Part shown: positions 38,705 to 51,411 of the stretch, one piece after another
Position numbering within the stretch: position 1 is the stretch's first letter
Layout of the letters: every line of letters starts with the position of its first letter
DNA from: Octopus sinensis
Lineage: Eukaryota
Assembly (NCBI RefSeq): GCF_006345805.1
Contig: NC_043004.1
Location: 62,868,001 to 62,932,000, forward strand
Reading direction: 5' to 3'
DNA length: 64,000 nt
Notes under the pieces: generated by a model
Told to the model about the DNA's origin: nothing
Seen by the model: only the letters and a program-made list of their open reading frames with translations
Databases searched by the model: none
Position numbers and translations under genes: made by a program

Positions 38705-38947
38705 AATAATAATAATGGTAGTTTATAAGCTTAATGCTTATAAAGGATCCTCGGGCAATGACTAAAAACTTAGTCTATAACGGCGCACATATGCCCTCGA
38801 GAGTAAAAAATAGGTTTTCCTGTACGCGTGGGGGAAAGAGCTACTGTCTTTGAAGGCTTATAAGCCCTATTATTAAAGTATTTTGTCTGGTCACTGAGTA
38901 ACAATCGCTTATTATCTTTAAGCTTATAAAATGCTATTATTATTATT
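38705..38947. mobile_element. MITE-like element with ~30-bp imperfect TIRs
   Basis: AATAATAATAATGGTAGTTTATAAGCTTAA vs reverse complement of 38918-38947 (AATAATAATAATAGCATTTTATAAGCTTAA). Confidence 0.5.
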
Positions 38948-39054
38948 TACAGAATTGTAAAATCGAACATGCTTAACAAAACATTGGCAGTAAATGCATA
39001 TGAAAGTTTTTTTACGTTGACCTTTCGCAATGACAATCTTTAATTAAAAGTCAT

Positions 39055-39411
39055 AGATGACGGATTGTCGTCTACTACGCTCACGATTTTCAAGACTCCA
39101 CTCTACTGCGAAATCGTTTAAAGCATTTTCGAGCTGACCACTCACTAGTCATTTTCTCACTAAAAGTTTCGTTGATATCGTGAGCAGTTGCTTTACTTCC
39201 CTTTTTCTTGAAGTTGAATAGCAACATTACTCGAATATCGCGCTTTCACTGTTCCATTTGAGATGATTATAACAACGATGAAAAAGATATCAATCTTAAT
39301 TTATTGATGCTTTTGGGCAAGTCTATATCTGTATTATAGTACAATTGCAAAAACCGATTAGAAAAACTTCTTCATGGATCAAAACGTTGCTTAATTTTTA
39401 CTCAACCTGTT
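39055..39411 (-). mobile_element. Mariner 5' fragment with one TIR (same family as 17294-18436)
   Basis: Colinear similarity to ~18070-18436; TIR TTCATGGATCAAAACGTTGCTTAATTTTTACTCAACCTG. Confidence 0.8.
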
Positions 39412-39964
39412 AAACGCTTATATAAATGTATATATATACATGCATATATGTGTGTGTGTATATATTTGTATATATGTGTGTATGCGTGTGCATGCGTGTG
39501 CATGCGTGCGTGTGTGTGTGCATTACTCTGGACACACCCACGGTTATTCCATGGTACTCAGTAGAAATATCGAATAGCGTAAAATATTTGAACAATATAT
39601 TAAAATAATAAGAGAATACTATCATAAGGAGAAAATCAACATACTTTAAGGATTAGGGATTTCAGTTGTGGTTCTCTGTTCAAGAAACTTTGAAATTCTC
39701 TGTTTATTGTTGCAGAAATATTTGATATCCTCGGCCTCACAACAAAAGATATTTCCGTGTGATCGGCAATGTCCGTCAAGGAAAGGATGTCTATATTATC
39801 ATATCTGCAAAATGAAATAGTGAGATAGTATATTAAGACAAAGAAAGGCGTTTTATGGTTTCATATTTTTTATGTTCAATTAGGATTATTGTCACGTTTA
39901 TTCAAATATAAGTTTTCAATATACATTGGGAAAAGGAGTGATAGATGGTAACAACACTTTCCCC

Positions 39965-40758
39965 TACTAGTTATGTTTGATAAAGAATTACTTATTTACC
40001 TAAGTTTTAGCATCATCTCCTTCGAAATAATGACGTTGCGTAGCAATACAATGGTTCGAGCGTATTTACCACTTTTGGAATCCGGCCTTAAATTCGTTTT
40101 CGGTAAGAGTCCAGAGGACCATCTGTGATACGGTTGGCATCTCGAGCACGGTGTTAAACCGGCGACCTTTCAGCAGCCTGTTCATTTTGATAAAGGGATG
40201 GAAGTCCACAGCTGCTAAATGTGGATAACAGAGTGGATGCGGTAACGATTCCATGTTGCTTTTGGCGGGAAACTCACGAGTGAGGAGAACTCAGTGAAGA
40301 ATCCAATTCTTCGCGCTACACAGATCCAGTCACTTTCGCCAAATATCTTCCTTCAAATACTTCAAAACGTCGCTGTAGAACTCTTGGCTGACAATCTAGC
40401 GCTATGCTTCGCAATACACAATTCAGATCGCTCATCGTCTTCCAGGTACGTTCTTCACTTTTGAAGTGGCTGTGCCGCTCGAGACATTGTGCACATCCCA
40501 TTGCCTCGCCACTTCAAGCTTGCAGAACATCCCAAGTTTAACGAAAAAATTCGTGTTGGCTCTTTGTGCTCTCTATAATAAAATCGCAGACATGTTCACA
40601 AAAACACAAAGTTCACAATTTGGGAAGTAAACACAGCGATGTCACTCGACACACTGCCTCATGAATGTCATTACTAGCTCTTACCGTGCACACAACCGTG
40701 TGCTGCCATCTGTTGGCGCGCTACATAACTAGTCCACGAACGTTTTGATAACACTTCG
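39965..40758 (-). mobile_element. Internally deleted mariner of a second family
   Basis: N-terminal fragment, LPHPLCYPHLAAVDFH (HPPYSPDLAPxDF), KGRRF, FQKW, YFEGD end; 5' TIR-like TAGTCCACGAACGTTTTGATAACACTTCG. Confidence 0.8.
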
Positions 40759-42736
40759 CATTATTCAGTTGCTTTTGGGATGTGGGAGCTACTTATAATT
40801 TCCTGAACTTTTCTCTGCCATATAAACTTTTAGTGAGTAATCAATCCGATGCATAATATCACACCCACTTAATTCTTTTACAAGCATTTTGCAGAATGGT
40901 TTCAATTCAGCATAGAAATATATTATTAGAACATACAGCACACAGTAATCGCCTCGAGAAATATCAATATTACAAGCCTTACGTATCCCTTTAACGTTAC
41001 TTTGTTAGTTTAAGCGATTACGAATATTTCCATAATAGATATAGCATAACTGAAAAATTCAAGATTATTCTATGAAACATTGTTAGTAAAAAGAGGAATC
41101 GTTGATGAAATATTTTGATGAAAATAAGTGACTGCTGTATTGCAGTTCGTTAGATTATTCATGTAACTAGTTTCTACCAGTATTTGAAGGTTGTAATGTG
41201 CGTAGTGAACTCACCTTCCATTAACTGAAACAGATATAACCAGAATGATTGTCTGTTTATATTGCACACTTCACCGCTCTACGATAATTTATAATCTTCT
41301 ACCATGGAACGGATACCACCTAATATTGTCCTAAAGGAAGAACCTGAATGAATATATGTTTACCTACTATGATATACATTGCCTCGGTACAAACTGTACT
41401 CACTCCCTTTTCTTCCACTGTATTTCTGTGTATTTGTATAAATGTTAGATCACACTATTTATGTATGAATCCAAAATATTAATAATATAGCTATACATTT
41501 TTCGTAATGGTAAGTCATCAAAGGCAGCTTAAATATAATATCAGTTTTTAAAATTAATGTAATACACTTCATAATGCTAATACAAACATGCATTTAAATA
41601 AAATGTACTGGCAACAGGGACATAATCACTCAAGAGCGACAAGAACTTAATCACTCCAACAATTAATATCTAGATATTTTAACTATATATAAGATATCTA
41701 AAACTGATACCTGAGAAAGTTATCCATTTAGAGGCGAGGACCATGTATGATATATATGAACAATATCTTGTGCATTGCAATAAGTGGCAGCTCTCAAATA
41801 ACTATAGCTAATCGGCAATAATATATACTCCTGATATAAAATTACATAATAATGAAAATATCAAGCTGTTATCGATTCTCAGCAATTTAAAATTGAGGTT
41901 AGTGTTCTGTTACTCAAAACAATCCCTTTCGTATCGATGTTAGAAGTCCTTATAAAATGCATAATGAAGGAAAATTTGCCGTAACGGAAAAGAAAAAAAA
42001 TTATTAGGTTCATCATAAACAATTTACAAATCATGACCATGTAAATAGTGAGAAATCAGTGCGTAATCTGCGCAAGTTCTGATAAAGAAATGTTAGCAAA
42101 AAGAAAAAGGAATTGTCTTAAATGTCAAGATCCCAATCTCCAGCATGACAGTTGCAAGATGAATGAAGAAGACAGATGGATGAATTTAGAAAATAAGTAA
42201 TAGTCCAGGGTCCTAAGTCTAGTGGAGGCGCATTTTGGATGATGTGGTTAGTGGCGGAGAATAAATACGCGGCAGAATTCTAGAAAATGGCCTTCCGAGC
42301 TTATGGCCCAGGAAGGACTTCTGAACACTTTTTTTTTATCTTCTGTCTGGAAATCACACAGACCAAAAGCTAGCTGCACAATATGGCTCTAGTTTTTATT
42401 CAATATAACAGTGGTGGTGTATGAAGCATATTCCTGGTACTTCACTTATACCACATCTTGTTGTATATATGTAAAATCACCATACACAAATTAGGCAAAA
42501 TACTACGTGCGACAAAGCAATGGAGATTAAATAGAACAAAATATTGATTGAAATAATAACATACCTTGAATTAAAGCAGTGATGAGTGGTTGCGGATGGA
42601 AGAAAACATTGAACTGAACCCTAATTTTGCAACACTTCCTATCATACCAGTATTGAGGTGCATTTAACCTATTATCCGAAGTTAAATTTTCTTCTTTAAA
42701 ATCATTAAACCATACACATTATTTCTTGTTTATTAT

Positions 42737-43028
42737 TTATGCGCCCTTTTCAAGCCTAGCCAGGTTCATGGGCCCGGTTTCTGCGGCGTATGTGTTCCGC
42801 ACCAGCTGGGCAGGACGCTAGTCCATCGCTGCCTTTCTCAAGAAAGACGAAGAAAGAGTGAGCGAAAGTTGGGTCAAAAGAGTACAACAGGGGTCGCCAT
42901 CTGCCCCTGCCAGAGCGTCGTGGATCTGTGTTTTTGCTCAATAAACAAACACAACGCACGGTCTGGGACTCGAAATCGCGATCATCCGACCACGAGGCCG
43001 CTGCCCTAACCACTGGGCCATTCCGCGT
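42737..43028 (-). mobile_element. tRNA-derived SINE (family 3)
   Basis: GGACGCGGAATGGCCCAGTGGTTAGGGCAGCGG...TTCGAGTCCCAGACC; homologous to the head at 44091. Confidence 0.85.
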
Positions 43029-43639
43029 CCACTACATATATTATATTTCTTTATTTCTCTCTCTCTCTATCTTCCCTGTCATTCTTTACCTTTCGTATAT
43101 CCTTCTCGCATCTCTTTCTTTCTTAAAAGTGCAGGTGCTCCCAGTAACGTCGCTTTGTTATATCTCCTTCGTTCATGAGGGAATAACACTTGTAAGAATC
43201 GGCTATTTTTCTATTAATAGTGTACTATGTGCAATTGTTTGAAATCTTTTACTTTAGCATATAGAAAAATATCATTGAATGATACAGGACATATTTATGA
43301 ACATGTGCGTGCGTATGTGTATATGTATGTGTGTGTATGTGTGTGTTTGTGTGTGTGCGTGTGTGTGTATGATTATTCCTCCAGGAATTACAAATATTCG
43401 TAATATACATAAAATCGCATCACTATGTACAACTAGACGAAGCACATGTGTAATATACACATTATTTCAATGCTATAGAAATAGATCAGAGAACTAAGAT
43501 ATTCAAAGTATTAACTATTATCAAAGCTGCTTTCATTCGTACAATCAAAAAATAATAAAATGTCTCACTACTGAAAAATATGAATAATTATTGCGTGAGC
43601 AATTGCGTTAAATATTTATTTGAATTCTCTTTCTACACT

Positions 43640-43842
43640 TATTCTTCTATTCGTTTACTTGCTTCGGTCATTTTCACTGTGAACATGCTGGAGCACCGCC
43701 TCAAGGGGTTTTACTCAAACAAATCGGTCCCAGGACCTATTTTTACGTCTACTATTTATTCTATCGGTCTCTGTTGCCGAACCTATAAGTTACGGGAGTT
43801 AAACATACCAACAACGCTTGTCAGATGGTGATGATGGGGGAC
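43640..43842 (-). mobile_element. Family 1 SINE 3' half
   Basis: Reverse complement of the GGCGGTGCTCCAGCATG tail and CCGATAGAATAA body. Confidence 0.8.
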
Positions 43843-43947
43843 AAATTGAGATACACACACACACACACACATATACATAAATACATATACATATACGTAT
43901 GTATACATATATGTGTGTGTGCGTATGTGTGTGTGTCTGTGTGTATG

Positions 43948-44001
<54 letters not shown>

Positions 44002-44041
44002 CATATATATATATGTAACTATATATATATATGTGTGTGTG

Positions 44042-44090
<49 letters not shown>

Positions 44091-44092
<2 letters not shown>

Positions 44093-44582
44093 AGGCGCAA
44101 TGGCCCAGTGGTTAGGGCAGCGGACTCACGGTCGTAGGATCGCGGTTTTGATTCCCAGACCGGACGTTGTGAGTGTTTATTGAGCGAAAACACCTAAAGT
44201 TCCACGAGACTCCAGCAGGGGTGGTGGTAAACCCTGCTGTACTCTTTCACCACAACTTTCTCTCACTCTTACTTCCTGTTTCTGTTGTATCTGTATTTCA
44301 AAGGGCCAGCCTTGTCACACTCATTGTCATGCTGAATCTCCCCGAGAACTACGTTAACGGTACACATGTCTGTGGAGTGCTCAGCCACTTGCACGTTAAT
44401 AATTGAGCTACGACGTCACTGGTGCCAAGCTGTATTGGCCTTTGCCTTTCTTTTGGATAACATCGGCGGCGTGGAGAGGGGAGGCTGGTATGCGTGGGCG
44501 ACTGCTGGTCTTCCAAAAACAACCTTTCCCCTCAGAGGGTAACTTTCTAGGTGCAATTCCATGGTCATTCATGACCGAAGTA
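44091..44582 (+). mobile_element. tRNA-derived SINE (family 3), long form
   Basis: Box A TGGCCCAGTGG, box B GGTTTTGATTCC, long conserved body. Tail-to-tail counterpart at 42737-43028 lies on the opposite strand. Confidence 0.85.
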
Positions 44583-44774
44583 GGTCACAATATATATAAA
44601 TATACAGTAATCCCTCGACAATTGCTGGTGTTACGTCCCAGAACCTCCCACAAAAATAACTAAAATCTAAACAGTATAAATACCAATCGGTCCCAGAAAT
44701 CCACAATATACTCAAGAGTCGTCGATATGAATTTAAATATATTACCCAGAAAAATCCCCGATGTATTGAGTGCG

Positions 44775-44945
44775 CGATATGTGAACCGCAATAAAGTTCC
44801 TATCTACTAAATTTACTCATCAGGCTTTGGTCGCCCTGGTTTTACAGCAGAAAAATCTAGCCCAAGGTGCCGCGCAGTGGGACTGAATCCGCCGAAACCA
44901 TGTGATGTAGAAGCTGACTTCTTAACACAACCAAGTCTGCGCCTT
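44775..44945 (-). mobile_element. Family 1 SINE 5' half, diverged
   Basis: CCCAAGGTGCCGCGCAGTGGGACTGAA...AACCATGTG matches the family 1 head in reverse. Confidence 0.7.
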
Positions 44946-45179
44946 TGACAAAATAAATTGTCCAAATTCAGATTTTTATTTCGTTTTATGGATGCCGTAT
45001 AAGTTTTAGGACACGAAATTATTTTGCCGCAGACAATTGTGGACCATTTTAAAATAGTTTAACATGAACCAATACCATTGATGTAAGGATACTTCATTTC
45101 ATTTGTAGGTAGCAGTAAACCATTGAATCGTATAAAAGTTTTATAATAAACTAAGATAGTATTATCGTTTTATTTCGGG

Positions 45180-47480
45180 ATGGTCATTTTTCTTCTTAAT
45201 AAACACACGCACTATATATTCGTTCTTCACTCGTGTATTACTGTTCTTAATCTAACTAAGGTCCACTCTCGGGAAACTTTTCGTCACACACCTGTGACCT
45301 CCTCAGGGATACTTCCCCGCTGTGTATTTGCTCTTGATCTGTTTCATCCATTCTGTTCTTCTATGTACTTTCACACATATGTTATTGACTGAGCCTCTAT
45401 AATCTGTTTCTGCATGCTGGTAGTGCACTGATGAGCCTTTCTATTCTTTGAGCTCTTACCAGTGTTCACTTGTACGCTCTTCTCTGCTGCGTGCTGCCTT
45501 TTCATTGTACGTAGTTTTCCAGAATCTGCACAGTCCCTCAGTATATCGTAAGCTATACACTATAACACAGTTAACTCGTGGGTTCATCCTACATACAATA
45601 CAGTTGTTCTCCGTACATCGGGACCTATCGAAAGGATAAGTTCTACAAAGCAAGTATTTTATAGGCCTTTTTACTGCTTTCATCCATAGATTGGCCTTAT
45701 GTAATGTTTTTTCTAAAATGGTGTGCTAGTTCGCCGCCAAGGGTATCATCAACGAACATTACACACTGGTATATTTTTGTTGTCATACCATGAGTTAGCC
45801 TTAATTATATTTTCTCTGGTGCTTTCTTCGCTCTTCCAAGATTTACTCCTGGGAAACAGGCAGATCCCCTTTGCATCACTCTCTGGTGGCTTTGTACTTA
45901 GCCCTGGCTGATTTGTACACTCCAATCCTGCATGTAGTGGAGGAATTGTCGTATACGTCTTTCCAATTCCATAGATTCGCACATGCGAGATACATTCCTC
46001 ATCACTCTCACCAAGTCTTCTATAAGAATATTGAACTTGGTGTTGTCCGCAATGGCTGTGTTCTTGTGGACCAGGTATATAAAGACCATGGGTAATTTGA
46101 GTGAAGGATCTGGACATTATTGTTCTCGGTTTTCAACCAGTGTTTCGTGTCTAAAACTGGTAGGCTAAAGGTGGGTTGCTTGTTAGCGTAGTCTACCGTC
46201 GCTTTGATAATCTGGTGTATGGATGCCCTCCATAGTCTTAGCGTCTAGATCATCAACATTGTCTTGTAGCGGTGCTTTTGCTACTATGTAGATATCATCC
46301 ACATAGCAGGAGTACAAGTCTAGGGTTATAAAGATTCCTGCTAATTTCTCTTTGAGTCTCCTATCCCACCATACCATATATACGTTAGCCACATCACCAA
46401 CGATACTCACACCGATGACTGCACATTCCTCTTGGCCGTATATATTTTTTGTTAAATATAAATATGTCACCCTTGACACTTATTTTGGTACTCTTACATA
46501 CTGCATGCGTCACCATCTTTTTCACAAGGTCATCGTTTTGGCGGGGTCCTTCTAGCTCTAGTCGCCCGTTCCATCTCTCTCTACGGGTTTTCATTACCAT
46601 AGAAGTGCGTCTACACCATACCGATCTAGTGGGACAAGAGTAACTATGGTGATGATCATTTAAGTAACCATTGTTACGTGTCAGTCTCAGGAGGAAGCCC
46701 AGTTGTTCTGTGTCAACTCCACGAACCTCTACTCCGCTCTCGCTGATCACCTCTGTATATTTATCCACAGCAAAATCAACATCAATGGATGAGTATAAGG
46801 ATACTAGAGCCATATTGCCTACAATGCATCCCGTAAGGTCGTAGGCATGGTAACAGTCATTATTCAGATGAGGAGGTCCTCTGTGCTGTCACACGCATCC
46901 GGGGACATTTTGATAAGAGTACGTATGATCATAGAAAGGAGATTAGAGATCCGGTAGTTGTTGGCAACGTTGGATCTGCAGACTAGTCTCGTTGGTGGCT
47001 TCTGTTACAAGGTCAGTGGTCACCTTATAGTCCTTGCGGAGCCCATAGAGTACTGTGATGTCGTTATTAGTGGCGTGGAAGTTGTGGGACGTGCGCTTTT
47101 ATGCCCCTAGGATGTTTGAACACATCATCACATTAGCATTGAGGATATACTCTCTCAACTCATACTGCCGTACTGTTGTTTCCAACAAATTTCTGATGTG
47201 GGGTTGCATCGCTTGGATGTAATTCGGCAGGCTGTCTATCGATATTCTGCCATACTTGTCCGTGGGGAAGCAAACAATTGCCTTCTCTTTGTGTGCTGCT
47301 ATATGAGCTTATGCGTGCCACTTGCAGACATCTTGTCGAGTTGTTGTGCCTCTCTGCCACTCCATATTCTAGTGTAATGTTCTAAAAGCTAAGTTTAGTG
47401 CTGGCTTTGGTAAAGAGTGCTTGTATTCCTTCTCTTGTCTGTTGAGTAATGCAAAATATTTTGTTGAAGGGTAGATTTGT
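45180..47480 (-). mobile_element. Degenerate Penelope-like element, possibly Naiad clade (RT + C-terminal GIY-YIG)
   Basis: VSLYSSID, YGQEECAVIGVSIVGDVANVYMVWWD, YVDD, and C-terminal IVYSL...YNEKAARSREERTSEH (VY..YIGE.AR..ER..EH). Confidence 0.75.
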
Positions 47481-48340
47481 CGGGCAATTACGACACATAT
47501 CGTATATTTTATCGCATGAATTGAAGAACAGGGTGTGAAAAGGGTTAGTATTATTTATACCTGTGGTACTACTTTCTATCCTATCATCTCTCTGGTTATT
47601 ACCTCTTTGGTTGTGTCTATTGTTGCTATTATGGTAGCGGCGTGGTGGTGTTTCTATGTGTATAGCTGGAAGTAATGTTTGTGATGGTCTGCATATTTAC
47701 ATAGTTGTTTTCGTCATTGTTGTTGTTGTTGTTGTAGTTGTTACCATCTCCAATATTACCGTCATAAAATGATATTGTACAGTTTCAATTCCAAAATGGC
47801 AAATATTGTAAATACATTTCCACTTACATTGTGTTGCACTGTAACTTAGTGACCGTAGCACAAAATTTCCGGTAGAGATGGTTAAGATTCATTGGCAGCT
47901 GACGGAAAACATTTTTTACCTTTTAACAGATAAAAGCGAAACGAAAAATACATGTATTTTCCACATGATTAACGAATTATTATATTTTCGGAAAAACGTC
48001 TTTAAAAAATCGGAGCATTTGAATAAATGCCAACCATAGCAAATCCGTTAATTTAAAGAAGCGAAACATTTAGAAATTTAGTATCTACCTATGTTTAAAC
48101 ATTCTTTCAAAAAAACACACTGCATTTATTTACAGTAGAATATCCACGTTCTGCTACTTATAAATTTATTCGAAATTTTCAGCTTCTTTGGATATTTGCC
48201 TCATTTTGTGTATAGGGTGTCTACTATTACTATTATACATACAACAAAGTACGTAATACTGAATAGTAGAATTGTTTTGCTTTTCCTTATATCGAAGTCA
48301 GCAAAAACAAACTGTCTCATACGTTCTTCTTACATACCAG

Positions 48341-48440
48341 TGCACACATATTGTCCTTATTGATATTCAGATATTACAAGTTCCCTTAACTGCACACATA
48401 TTGTCCTTAATGATATTCAAATGTTCTCATGTTCCCTTAA
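48341..48440 (+). repeat. Tandem duplication 2 x 50 bp
   Basis: TGCACACATATTGTCCTTA(T/A)TGATATTCA...GTTCCCTTAA repeated at 48341 and 48391. Confidence 0.9.
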
Positions 48441-48589
48441 GGAAATGGTATCTTATAAACATACATGCCATTACATAGGTACAGACTGGTCACCAATAAT
48501 AAAACTTTATACTCATAGAATGTATGTTTGACGGTTCTCTTGCGTAATGTAATTCTTAATCTTTCATCTTTCAACTCGAAATAGTGTTT

Positions 48590-48728
48590 CGATCACCGCA
48601 GAGTTTGACTTTGCCTTTCATCCTTTCGGGGTCAATAAATTAAGTACCATTTGCGTACTGAGGTCGATCTAATCGACTGGCCCTCCACTAAAATTTCGGG
48701 CCTTGTGCCTAGAGCAGAAAAGAATATT
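48590..48728 (+). mobile_element. Family 2 SINE core/3' fragment
   Basis: GACTTTGCCTTTCATCCTTTCGGGGTCAATAAATTAAGTACC shared with 22631-22862. Confidence 0.8.
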
Positions 48729-51029
48729 GTGTTTCGATAATAGTTTCCAGTCGTTGATGCATTGATGGTCTACGTTTAAAGTTTGCCTCATGCGTTACTA
48801 CATAGAAAATATAACTCATTTATTTTACCAATTCTATTTCAATTTCACTCATAATCCCCACCTTTCGAACACTAAATTTTAATTTTATCATTAGTCTAGA
48901 ATTTATTTATTCATCATATTGTTTTTATCATTAACATCTTCACTTCGTTATGATTTCCGCTACGCCTGCAATGCAATTATTCTTCTCTTTTTGTCACACA
49001 CTCCTATTCAAATGATTTACACAAGTAGAATTCTTTCTCAGGACTATTGTTTTTTATTCATTTTTAATAATGGGTGTCACTTCTGTATTCCTTAAGTCTC
49101 AAATCAGTTCTTTAACTGTATTATATAATGCAACCCTTAGGACTAGTAAAACCCGAGTTGATGTTATCGCTAAATATTCTTCGAAAACCGATAATTATCA
49201 CATCATTATACGTAGCTTGATCTAAATCCTCGGACCAAGCTATCATCGGATTATCTAACAAAAGAAGCGACAAATAATTGCTAGAGCTATTCTGCCGTAT
49301 ATCACTTATCCATCATCTTCGACCTCGTCAAACAACAAACCAATGTCTATAATTATAAAATAAGTCTATTTCGTAAATGTTCCTTTGTTTCGTTATAAAA
49401 TTGCGCATAGATGATTTCAAAACTGGCGATGAGAATCTTTTTCTATGCGTATTAAAATGTAAATCTAACTTACATTAATATTCATTTGCACCAAGCTTAT
49501 GTAAGTGTTTGATATTTTCCTCTAGAATTGCTTGTCAAACAGATATTTAATTCAGCTGTTCGTTAATGAATTCAACGTTTCCGCAAATTTCTGAATGATA
49601 TTAGCAAGAATAGAGTTAGAAAATATTTATAACCGGCTTTCGAAATCAGATACGGGAATACCATATAAAATATGGATTTTTTTACGGATCACAAAACTTT
49701 TCTCCATATACACTTTAGTTTAATATTTTCCAGAAACAACTTGTGAAGACGATCTCAGGAATCGCAGTTGTAGAGATATAATTAAATATTCTAGATGCAT
49801 AAACATGTAAAAGGTCAAACACCTCCTGTTTTCATTTTCGAATGTTCAGGAATAATATTCTGGACTTTAGATAACGGTAACGACACATTTCTGTAGACGC
49901 TTTGGTTACAAAAAGTCATTCATTTACTGATTGCTGATTTGACGTCGCGAATAAATAAAACTGATAAAAGTTACAATGAGAAATTGTAGGGTAGATGCAA
50001 AAAATATTGTTAAAACTCATGGTGATGACTATACTTTTAAGAAAAGGATATCGGGAAAAAATATAATTCCCTCATAGAGTCTACTTTCCACCTGATATTA
50101 ACCAGTAGACGTACGGAAACAGTAATATTTTTTGCAAAACCCTTGTAGTTTGCTACGCAAAGCTAATCTAGAGATATTGGGATACCGAATGGGAAAACTC
50201 TTGCCACTGGATATACATCAGTAATTCCATACTATCCATAGAGTTTATATAAAGAAATGAATATCAGAGAATGGATTGAACGACATTCTTTTTTTTTTAC
50301 ATCTCTGCAATTCTTTGCGCACATCCTTAGATTCTTTAAGATAATTTCCAAGTAAATATTTGATCAGCACGGAAATGGCCAGTCTTTTTCAGTTTATCAC
50401 GGCATTATCTCTAAACACATTCGGTTCCCACATTGTTTTACCATAACTTACTAATAATATGACCATATAAACAGTATTGTATGTTATAGTTAACTTGACA
50501 TAAGAGATTGTGTGTGTGTGTGTGTATTTGTTTGTATTTTGTATTTGATTAAACTTGTATTTTGTCTGTCACAATATCTGTGGGTTTAGATTATTCAGCA
50601 AATTGCTGGAAATACCCCATCATTTTGGTTACTCCTTCTTGTACAATGTGAAATAGCTGTACGACCAAACGAAGAAGCTATTCAAAATAATAAACCGAAG
50701 AAACATATTTAGCACCTTGATGGATGATAGGGATTATGCAATGTGTTAATAATATCTAGGGATGTGACGATGTGGAGAATTAATTGAAGTGATATCAAAA
50801 TATGCCGTTCACTTCATTATCTCATAAATATCTGTCTGTTTATCTGGATGCCCGCATTCTACCTCTCTCTTTCTCTCTCTCTATATATATATTATACACA
50901 CATATTTTCTCTCTTATTCTCTCACTTGATATACGTTTGTGTGTTCGTTTGTGTGTGTGAATGTGTGCGTGTTTTTGTGTGTGAGAGTGTTTATTTGTAT
51001 ATGAGTCATCGCAGTAAATATTAAACATG

Positions 51030-51411
51030 AGTGACTGTGAGGTAAGTAGTTTGCTTAACAACCACATGTTTCCGGGTTCAGTCCCATTGTGTAGCAACTT
51101 AGGCAAGTAACTTCTACTATACTCTCGGACCGACCAAAACCTTGTGAGTGGATTTGGTAGACGGAAACGGAAGGAAGCCCGTCATATGTGTGTGGGTGTC
51201 TGTGTCTGAGTCTGTGTTTGTTGCCCCCAACATCGATTGACAGCCGATTCCGGTGTTTATGTTCCTCTTAACTAGCGATTCGGCAAAAGTGACCGATAAA
51301 ATAAGTACTAGGCTTACAAAGAATAAGTCCCAGGTGTCGTTTCCTCGACTAACGACGGTGCTCCAACATGGCCGCAGTCAAATGATTGAAACAAGTAAAA
51401 GAATAAAAGAA
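51030..51411 (+). mobile_element. Family 1 SINE, full length
   Basis: Head, body and (AAGAATA)n tail as in 12442. Confidence 0.88.
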
